From: Candidatus Eiseniibacteriota bacterium
GTDB taxonomy: Bacteria > Eisenbacteria > RBG-16-71-46
Direction of reading: 5' to 3'
Length of the DNA: 32,104 bases
NCBI GenBank assembly: GCA_031364845.1
Contig: JANLWX010000051.1
Span: forward strand, 1 to 32,104
The notes under the pieces were generated by a model. It was given only the letters and a program-made list of their open reading frames with translations. It searched no databases and was not told where the DNA came from. The stretch's first letter is position 1. Each line of letters opens with the position of its first letter. The translations under genes were made by a program, and so were the position numbers. Positions 18,252 through 28,396 of the stretch are shown piece after piece.

Positions 18252-19385
18252 ATGAAGAACTCACTTTCCCATCTCACCCATCAAGTCGTGCTGCAGGGCC
18301 TCGTGACGCTCGTCGCTCGAGGCTGCACGCACACGGCCGAACTCATCGCCTACATTGGTGAAGTCGACGCCCGCAAGCTCTTCCTGCCGGCGGGCCATCC
18401 TTCGATGTTCTCCTACTGCGTGAACGTGCTGCACTTCTCCGAGCAGGCGGCGTACAAACGCATCCGCGTGGCTCGCATGGCGCGCCGGTTCCCTGCGATC
18501 TTCGACGCTCTTGCGGAAGGGCGTGTGCACTTGAGCGGTCTCTTCCTGCTGAAAGCTTTCATGACCCGGCGGAATGCGGACGAGCTACTCGCTGCCGTGA
18601 CTCACAAGAGTTGTCGTGAGATCGAGAAGGTCCTGGCGGAGCGATATCCCCAGGCTGACGTGCCGACGAGGGTGCGGGCGCTGCCGAAGGCGCGGGGAGT
18701 CGCGTGGCCCCCGATCGTCGAGACGAGTGCGATTACTCCCGCGGACACGAGTGGTCAACTGTCCGTGCGGACAGTTGCCGCTTCGCTCGCCAAAGGCGAG
18801 CGAAGCACTTCCATCCTGCGGACCGCAGAAGTGACGCAGAACGTTGAGCCACCCGCCAAACCTGCAAAAGTCGCGCCGCTGGCGCCGAAGCGCTACGCGC
18901 TTCAGTTGACCATGAGCCAGGAGATGCACGATAAGCTGCGCCATGCGCAGGCCCTTCTTTCGCACGCCCTACCTTCGGGCGACGTGGCAGCCGTTCTGGA
19001 GCGCGCACTCGACGAGTTCATCGCGAAGCTCGAGAAGGCGAAGTACGCGGCGGCCGAGAAGCCGCGTGCGATCAAAGCGAATACGAGCGCGAATCCTCGG
19101 CAAATTCCTGCACACGTGAAAAGAGAAGTTCGCGAACGCGACGGGTTTCAATGCACGTTTGTCAGCGAGTCAGGTCAGCGCTGTCCTGAGCGCCACTTCC
19201 TGGAGTTCGATCACATCGATCCGGTCTCCCGCGGTGGCAAGGCCACCGCGGAGCGGATGCGCCTGCGTTGTCGCGCGCACAATCAATACGAAGCGGAGCA
19301 ATCATTCGGCCACGCCTTCATGCAGCGCAAACTGTATGAAGCGCGGGAGGGGCGGGAAGGGAACGCATGTACGCGAATCCCGTAA
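18252..19385 (+). CDS. HNH endonuclease with DUF222-like helical N-terminal region
   Basis: ATG 18252 follows GGAGGGG. N-terminal IGEVDARKLF..GHPSMFSYC..LHFSE..AYKRI..AR.ARRFP; C-terminal IPAHVKREVRERDGFQC..RC..LEFDHIDP..GG..T..LRCRAHN (Zn-binding HNH). Confidence 0.88.
   Translation: MKNSLSHLTHQVVLQGLVTLVARGCTHTAELIAYIGEVDARKLFLPAGHPSMFSYCVNVLHFSEQAAYKRIRVARMARRFPAIFDALAEGRVHLSGLFLLKAFMTRRNADELLAAVTHKSCREIEKVLAERYPQADVPTRVRALPKARGVAWPPIVETSAITPADTSGQLSVRTVAASLAKGERSTSILRTAEVTQNVEPPAKPAKVAPLAPKRYALQLTMSQEMHDKLRHAQALLSHALPSGDVAAVLERALDEFIAKLEKAKYAAAEKPRAIKANTSANPRQIPAHVKREVRERDGFQCTFVSESGQRCPERHFLEFDHIDPVSRGGKATAERMRLRCRAHNQYEAEQSFGHAFMQRKLYEAREGREGNACTRIP
18756..18777. repeat. 22-bp palindrome, copy C, in frame within the HNH gene
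   Basis: CAACTGTCCG-TG-CGGACAGTTG has the same 9-bp arms and length as copy A and encodes QLSVRTV. Confidence 0.85.
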
Positions 19386-19478
19386 CAGCGCGTATCGCTT
19401 CACAGTGAACGCATAGAGCCGGGCGAGGTCGAGCGTGTCGCGTGCAGGGTCAGAGGCGGCTCGACTGGCCGTCCCGCC

Positions 19479-21671
<2,193 letters not shown>

Positions 21672-21772
21672 CCCGCATTTCTAACCGATGACGGGGACGG
21701 TGGCCAATGAAGGCGCCATCGCGGACGTGCTAATCTGCGCGTTCCCTAAGGACATCGTTTCCGGAGGTCGCC

Positions 21773-21898
21773 ATGTTGTCGTCCCGTAATTCCCGACCGA
21801 TTCTGTTCGTGCTCGTGACCATGGTCGCGCCCGAGGGTCTCCAGATCCGCTTCAGCGTCGGATTCGGCTTCGACTTCATGCGCCGGATCGGTGACTGA
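21773..21898 (+). CDS. Putative 41-aa small protein
   Basis: GGAGG at 21763-21767 precedes ATG. Translation: MLSSRNSRPILFVLVTMVAPEGLQIRFSVGFGFDFMRRIGD. It fills the tex-engB gap and is below the ORF-track cutoff. Confidence 0.45.
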   Translation: MLSSRNSRPILFVLVTMVAPEGLQIRFSVGFGFDFMRRIGD

Positions 21899-21937
21899 TC
21901 TGCGCGCGCGGCGCGCGCGCGTTGCCGGAGGATCGCA

Positions 21938-22537
21938 TTGAAGATCGATTCGGTCGGATTCGTGCTGAGCGCCGGCAATGCGGCGGAGTGTCCCCAAGGT
22001 CCGCTCGCCGAGATCGCAGTGTCGGGCCGCTCCAACGTCGGCAAGTCTTCGCTGCTGAACTCGCTGCTCGGCCGCAAGAGCATCGCGCTCGTCTCGGGCA
22101 CTCCGGGAAAGACCCAGCGGTTGAACTATTTCATCGTCAACCAGCAGTTCCACATCGTCGATCTGCCCGGCTACGGCTACGCTCGGGCTCCCGATGCCGT
22201 GCGCAATCAATGGCGCACGATGATGCAGGAGTATCTGCGCACACGCCGCCAGATGGTCGCGGTCATGCAGCTCGTCGACTCTCGTCATCTGCCATCGCGC
22301 GAGGACCGCGAAATGGTCCAGTGGTTGCGCGACGAGGACATGCCGTTCTGCCTGGTGGCGACCAAGATGGACAAGCTGCGCCAGAGCGAGCGGAGCAAAG
22401 CGCTGAAGGCGATCGCCCTCGCGTTGGAGCTTCCAGGAACACAGCCGTTCATTCCTTATTCGAGCCATACGGGCGAAGGAAAGCCCGCGCTGCTCGCGTG
22501 GATCTCGCTGGCGCTCGAGAGCGGGACTGAGCGCTGA
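21938..22537 (+). CDS. engB: Ribosome biogenesis GTP-binding protein EngB/YihA/YsxC
   Basis: G1 GRSNVGKSS, G2 TPGKT, G3 DLPGYG, G4 TKMD. GGAGGA precedes the TTG start. Confidence 0.95.
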   Translation: MKIDSVGFVLSAGNAAECPQGPLAEIAVSGRSNVGKSSLLNSLLGRKSIALVSGTPGKTQRLNYFIVNQQFHIVDLPGYGYARAPDAVRNQWRTMMQEYLRTRRQMVAVMQLVDSRHLPSREDREMVQWLRDEDMPFCLVATKMDKLRQSERSKALKAIALALELPGTQPFIPYSSHTGEGKPALLAWISLALESGTER

Positions 22538-22552
22538 ACCGCGAAGATTGCA

Positions 22553-22581
22553 GCGGCGGCCGGGTCCAGCCCGACCGCCGC
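22553..22581. terminator. GC-rich hairpin between convergent genes, possible terminator
   Basis: GCGGCGGCCGGG-TCCAG-CCCGACCGCCGC (one mismatch). No clear U-tract. Confidence 0.4.
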
Positions 22582-22594
22582 GGCGAAATGCCCC

Positions 22595-23104
22595 CTACGG
22601 GTTCATCTTGAGCTCGTGCATCTCCCCGATGTCCGGCTCACTCCCCGTGAGCCAGCCCTTCACGAGCTCGAACAGAACCACCGGCTGCGGTTTGTCGAGC
22701 TCGAAGAACACCGCCGTATGGATGTCGACGCCGACCAGGACCAGGCGCGGGTCGTCCGCAGTGCCGTGACGCGGATCGCCCTCGTCGGGGAAGTACATCT
22801 TCCAGTCGGACGCGTAGAGCTGCCGAATCGTTTCCTTGTCCCTTGATAGCTTCGCGAGGCCCGCGATCGAGATCCACTCGCGCTTGCTGCTGTCGAAGAA
22901 CGTCAGGTTCACGTGCGGATCGTGCTCGATCTCATCGACCTTGGCGGTGCCGACCGAAGTGACGAACCACAGATCGGCGCCCGGCGCGTCCTTCTGCTGG
23001 GCCATGGCGCGCGACACCAGATGGCCGTCGGGCCGCCGCGTCACCATCATGCCGGTGTGCATCTTGTTCAACATCTTGCGCAGTTTATCGAGTTCGCTGG
23101 TCAT
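22595..23104 (-). CDS. Pyridoxamine 5'-phosphate oxidase-like / general stress protein (FMN-binding split barrel)
   Basis: GMMVT..DGHLVSRAM..Q, LWFVT....KVDEIEHDPHVNLTF, WISIAG.A, WKMYFP..DDPRLVL. Confidence 0.85.
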   Translation of the reverse strand: MTSELDKLRKMLNKMHTGMMVTRRPDGHLVSRAMAQQKDAPGADLWFVTSVGTAKVDEIEHDPHVNLTFFDSSKREWISIAGLAKLSRDKETIRQLYASDWKMYFPDEGDPRHGTADDPRLVLVGVDIHTAVFFELDKPQPVVLFELVKGWLTGSEPDIGEMHELKMNP

Positions 23105-23225
23105 TCTTTCGCTCCAGAGGCCGGCCGGTGGGGCACAATGCGCGGCGCAGCCGCGCTAGACAGGTGCGGGAACGCGAGATAGGCAATTCGACTTCCCGAT
23201 TGCGCCCCGGTCCAATGCACGGACG

Positions 23226-24542
<1,317 letters not shown>

Positions 24543-24591
24543 GCGCGCTCGCGATCAACTCCGAACTCGGGATGAATCCGGGGAGTGAAGC

Positions 24592-24948
24592 ATGAAGCTC
24601 ATCATCGCCATCATCCGTCCCGAGCGTCTCGACGCCGTCCAGGCTGCCTTGCAGGCGGCGCTCGACGAAGGCGACAACTACCGCATCACTGTGCAGACCG
24701 TGGACGGTCACGGGCGCCAGACCGGCGAAATCGAGTACTTTCGCGGCCAGCAGGTCCGCCAGCGCATGGTGCAGAAGACTCAGATCACGGTCGGCGTGAA
24801 CGACCAATACGTCGAGCCCGCGATTCAGGCAATTCTGAAAGCGGCTCGCACCAGCGAAGGTGAGATCGGCGACGGCAAGATCTTCGTGATGCCGCTCGAC
24901 GACTGCGTGCGCATCCGCACCGGTGAGCGCGGGGGCAAGGCGATCTGA
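24592..24948 (+). CDS. glnK: P-II family nitrogen regulator (GlnK-like by amtB linkage)
   Basis: MKLIIAIIRP, GHGRQ, B-loop ART..GEIGDGKIFV, C-loop VRIRTGERG..AI. Confidence 0.92.
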   Translation: MKLIIAIIRPERLDAVQAALQAALDEGDNYRITVQTVDGHGRQTGEIEYFRGQQVRQRMVQKTQITVGVNDQYVEPAIQAILKAARTSEGEIGDGKIFVMPLDDCVRIRTGERGGKAI

Positions 24949-24984
24949 AGTCCGGCTCCGCGAGGAGCACGAGCGGCAACTTCC

Positions 24985-26043
24985 ATGACCGAACCCGACG
25001 ACCCGCCGCCGGCACACCGGCGGCGTCCGCGCTATCGCGGGACCCATCCGCGGCGCTTCGAAGAGAAGTACAAGGAACTGGCTCCCGATTCGTATCCGGA
25101 GCTGGTCGCGCATGTGCTCGCGCGCGGAAAGACTCCGGCGGGCCATCACGTTCCGATCCTGGTCGAGGAAGTCCTCGCGGTTCTCGATCCGCGCCCGGGT
25201 GAGCGCGGAGTCGATGCGACGCTCGGCTGGGGCGGACATGCGCGGCGCCTGCTCGAAAAGCTCGCCCTCGGTGGCGCGCTGCTCGGGCTCGATGCGGATC
25301 CGATCGAGCTGCCGCGCACCGAGGCGCGCCTGCGCGCGATCGCGCCCGCCGAGGTCACGCTGCTCGTCCGCCGCACGAACTTCGCCGGCCTGCGCGCCGC
25401 GATCGACGAAGCCGGCTGGCACGACGGCGCCGACTTCATCCTCGCAGATCTCGGCGTGTCGTCGATGCAGATCGACGATCCCGCGCGCGGTTTCTCGATC
25501 AAGCTCGACGGCCCGCTCGACATGCGCATGAATCCCAACCGCGGGCTCTCGGCTGCGCAATGGTTGGAGCGCGCGACGGTCGAGAAGTTGACGGCCGTGC
25601 TGCGCGATCACGCCGACGAGCCGCGCGCGCTGCGCATCGCCGAAGCGCTCGTCGCGCGCCGGAGCGAACTGAAGACCACGCAGGCGCTCGCCGCCGCGGT
25701 GCGCGACGCGCACGGGCGCCGCGTGCGCGAGGACGACGTCGACCGCAGCGTGCGGCGCGTGTTCCAGGCGCTGCGCATCGAGGTCAACGACGAGTTCGGC
25801 GCGCTCGACGCGCTGCTGCGCCAGCTCCCGTTCTGCCTGCGGCCCGGTGGCCGCGTCGCGGTGATCACGTTCCACTCGGGCGAGGATCGCCGCGTGAAGC
25901 GCGCGTTCGCCGAAGGTTTGCAGGACGGGCATTACGAAGCCGCGGCCGAGGAGGTCGTCCGGCCATCGGCCGAAGAACGCCGCGCGAACCCGCGTTCGAG
26001 CGCGGCAAAGTTGCGCTGGGCGCGGGTCCGCCGCGAGCCCTGA
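24985..26043 (+). CDS. rsmH: RsmH/MraW-family 16S rRNA m4C methyltransferase homologue with N-terminal extension
   Basis: HVPILVEEV, DATLGWGGHA, ADLGVSSMQID, GPLDMRM, FQALRIEVNDE, ITFHSGEDRRVK, NPRSSAAKLR. Confidence 0.92.
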   Translation: MTEPDDPPPAHRRRPRYRGTHPRRFEEKYKELAPDSYPELVAHVLARGKTPAGHHVPILVEEVLAVLDPRPGERGVDATLGWGGHARRLLEKLALGGALLGLDADPIELPRTEARLRAIAPAEVTLLVRRTNFAGLRAAIDEAGWHDGADFILADLGVSSMQIDDPARGFSIKLDGPLDMRMNPNRGLSAAQWLERATVEKLTAVLRDHADEPRALRIAEALVARRSELKTTQALAAAVRDAHGRRVREDDVDRSVRRVFQALRIEVNDEFGALDALLRQLPFCLRPGGRVAVITFHSGEDRRVKRAFAEGLQDGHYEAAAEEVVRPSAEERRANPRSSAAKLRWARVRREP

Positions 26044-26090
26044 ACGCACCTTTGTCTCGCAGTCGCCGGGCCGCTCATGCATGATGACTC

Positions 26091-27239
26091 ATGCCTGAGA
26101 ACTCACGCTTCGCCAGCACCCGCCATCTCCTCGAGCTGTGCGTCGGCTACTACCTCTCGTACGTCCTGACCGGCATCGCCGTGAAAGTCTTCACCGGCGG
26201 CATCCGCGAACCGCGCATGACCGACATGGCGTTCCTGTTCAACAACACGATCGGCGGAAACGGCTTCGCGCTCGGCGCCGTGATCGCACTGGGCTGGCTC
26301 GGGCTTAAAGGCGCGCGGACCATCCGCTTCGCCGGCCTGACGCTGCCCGCGGAAACCGCCTACATCATCCCGTCGGGCATCTGCACCGCGATTATCATCC
26401 CCGGCACCACGCTGCTCTACACGCTGCCGATCTCGGTGATGGTCGCGATGGTGATCATGCGCGCGAGCGTGATCGTGATCAGCCGCGCCGTGGACGCGAT
26501 CCAGATCCGTCAGGGACTACTGCGCCGGCAGGTGCTGCCCGAAGAGAACTGGGCCGTGGTGTTCGCGCTGCTGGCGCTCGGGACCAACCTGATGCTGATT
26601 CCGATCGTCGACATGCTCGACGCGCGCGGCGTTCCGGTGAGCCAGGCGTTCGGGATCAAACCGGGCGCGCTGCGCGGAGGCTTCGAGTTCATCCACTCGC
26701 CGCTCGCGATGACCGTCCTGACCGCCTACATCATCGCGTACGCGGTACGGCTCTACATCATGAACTACTTCAAGAACACGCGAAGCTCCGCGGCCACGCT
26801 CGACAATCGCGGGTTCTTCGCGATCGAGCAGGTCGCGGCGTCCCTCACGATTCTCGCATTCGGACTGATCGCCTACTTCGGGCGCGATGCGTTCGGCTGG
26901 AGCGCTCCGGCCGTGCTGGCGTTCCACGAAGGCGCGCAACACTTCGACTGGGCCGCGATTCTGTCGGGCATTCCCTACGGCCTGGTCGCGTTCTTCTCGG
27001 TGTTCCTGTTCATGTTCCAGGGCCGCACCGCGACGTTCGCCGGAGTCGTGAATCGCCTCACCTCATTGCTCGCCGGCACCACGGCGACGCTGCTGCTCGC
27101 CTGGATCTGGAAGCAGAAGCCACCGACGCTTCAAGACTGGGCATCGCTCGCATTCATCCTGGTTGCGGTGGGGTTCCTGACGCGGGCGGAGAGGCGGCGG
27201 GCCGCGGAAGCAGCGAAGGCCAAGCCGGCGACGATCTGA
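26091..27239 (+). CDS. Polytopic membrane protein of unknown function (possibly DMT-like)
   Basis: 382 aa with about 9-10 hydrophobic segments and host-like codon usage. No family motif recognised with confidence. Confidence 0.75.
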   Translation: MPENSRFASTRHLLELCVGYYLSYVLTGIAVKVFTGGIREPRMTDMAFLFNNTIGGNGFALGAVIALGWLGLKGARTIRFAGLTLPAETAYIIPSGICTAIIIPGTTLLYTLPISVMVAMVIMRASVIVISRAVDAIQIRQGLLRRQVLPEENWAVVFALLALGTNLMLIPIVDMLDARGVPVSQAFGIKPGALRGGFEFIHSPLAMTVLTAYIIAYAVRLYIMNYFKNTRSSAATLDNRGFFAIEQVAASLTILAFGLIAYFGRDAFGWSAPAVLAFHEGAQHFDWAAILSGIPYGLVAFFSVFLFMFQGRTATFAGVVNRLTSLLAGTTATLLLAWIWKQKPPTLQDWASLAFILVAVGFLTRAERRRAAEAAKAKPATI

Positions 27240-27404
27240 GGTCGGGCCGCTCAGGGGCAATCAATCAGGAGCAAACGGAACCGTCAATGCACTGCCAATA
27301 CCCTTCGGGCCTGCCCTGAAAATCCAGCGGTAGCCGCTGAGATTTCGTGGTAGACCCGATCGGAGACAGCAAGCCTCGAGTGGCGAAGGGCATTGGTTCG
27401 AGAC

Positions 27405-27620
27405 TCAATACTTCCCGACCATCTTGATGACGAGCAACGCGATCGCACCAACACAAAAGAACAGCGCCAACATACGGCGCGCCCCGGGTTGTTCCGTCTG
27501 GAGAAGCATGAAGGCGCCGAAGCTCAGGTAGGCGCCGCTGCTGATGTAGGCCCGGCTGAATAGGTCGAAGATTCCAGCACCCATCAACACGATCCCCACC
27601 ACCATCCTCCAACGATTCAC
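27405..27620 (-). CDS. Small membrane protein (71 aa)
   Basis: GGAGG lies 4 nt before the GTG start. Three short hydrophobic segments. Confidence 0.7.
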   Translation of the reverse strand: MNRWRMVVGIVLMGAGIFDLFSRAYISSGAYLSFGAFMLLQTEQPGARRMLALFFCVGAIALLVIKMVGKY

Positions 27621-27669
27621 GGTTCCTCCGTCGACCTAGGAAACGATTGACAGCCCCTGACCATCCACT

Positions 27670-28290
27670 TCACTTCCCGATCGACCCTTCGTCGATCATC
27701 CCCGCGAGACGCGCGATGGCCCGTTTCACCATCATGCGGGCGGCGCCGCTGGTCGCGAGCCCTAGGTGTTCGGCAATCCGCGCGTAGCTGAACCCCAACT
27801 CCACTCTCATGACCACGGCCTCACGCTGAGCGTCCGGAAGTTGGGCCAGTGCCATTTGATAGGCCGTGATGGTCTCGATCTCGACTATCTGATCGAGCGG
27901 TGAGTCATCGTTTCCCGCAACGGTCTCGTCGAGTTCTTCGACCTCGGGCAGCCGCCCTGCCCGCCGGCCTTCGTCCCGCAGGTAGTTGAACAGGATCTGC
28001 CGCAGATAGGCGAGCCACGCGTTCTCCCAGCGGGCTTCGAAATTCTTGAGCCCGCGCATTGCGCGCAACAACGTGATCTGGACCACGTCGTCGGTATCCT
28101 TGTCGCGGCGCGCCCGATCCGACAGTCGACGGTGGGCGAGACGCCGGAGGATCGGATAATGGCGGCGAAACAACTCGTCGAGCGACTGGGCGTCTCCGTC
28201 CTTGGCGCGCCCGACAAGTTCGGTAAGTGAGCGCGACGGCGCTTCTGAGCCTGCGGGGGTGTTCGTCGACTCGTGCGTCGGGGCCTCGGG
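27670..28290 (-). CDS. ECF-type RNA polymerase sigma factor (start codon unresolved)
   Basis: Sigma2 region LTELVGRAKDGDAQSLDELFRRH..LRRLAHRRL..DTDDVVQ..WLAYLRQILFNYLRD and sigma4 region ALAQLP..QREAVVMR..GFSYARIA..ARMMVKRA. Homology extends upstream of the TTG at 28173, but no ATG/GTG/TTG occurs before the in-frame stop at 28297-28299. Confidence 0.85.
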   Translation of the reverse strand, partial: PEAPTHESTNTPAGSEAPSRSLTELVGRAKDGDAQSLDELFRRHYPILRRLAHRRLSDRARRDKDTDDVVQITLLRAMRGLKNFEARWENAWLAYLRQILFNYLRDEGRRAGRLPEVEELDETVAGNDDSPLDQIVEIETITAYQMALAQLPDAQREAVVMRVELGFSYARIAEHLGLATSGAARMMVKRAIARLAGMIDEGSIGK

Positions 28291-28396
28291 ATGTGCTTAA
28301 AGAGATCTGCGCGGACAGCTTCGATGCGCCCCGAGAGTAGCAAAGCATGATAGCTTCGCGCGACCCCAAAGGCCTGCGCGGCCCGTCCTGGAGACT

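Noticed and set aside
18252..19385. IscB/Cas9-like RNA-guided nuclease
   Set aside because: No split RuvC motifs, PLMP N-terminus or recognisable bridge helix. The HNH is C-terminal, as in DUF222-type proteins.
27265..27612. 115-aa minus-strand ORF
   Set aside because: It overlaps the better-supported 71-aa membrane-protein gene, which has an RBS, and shows no convincing family motif.
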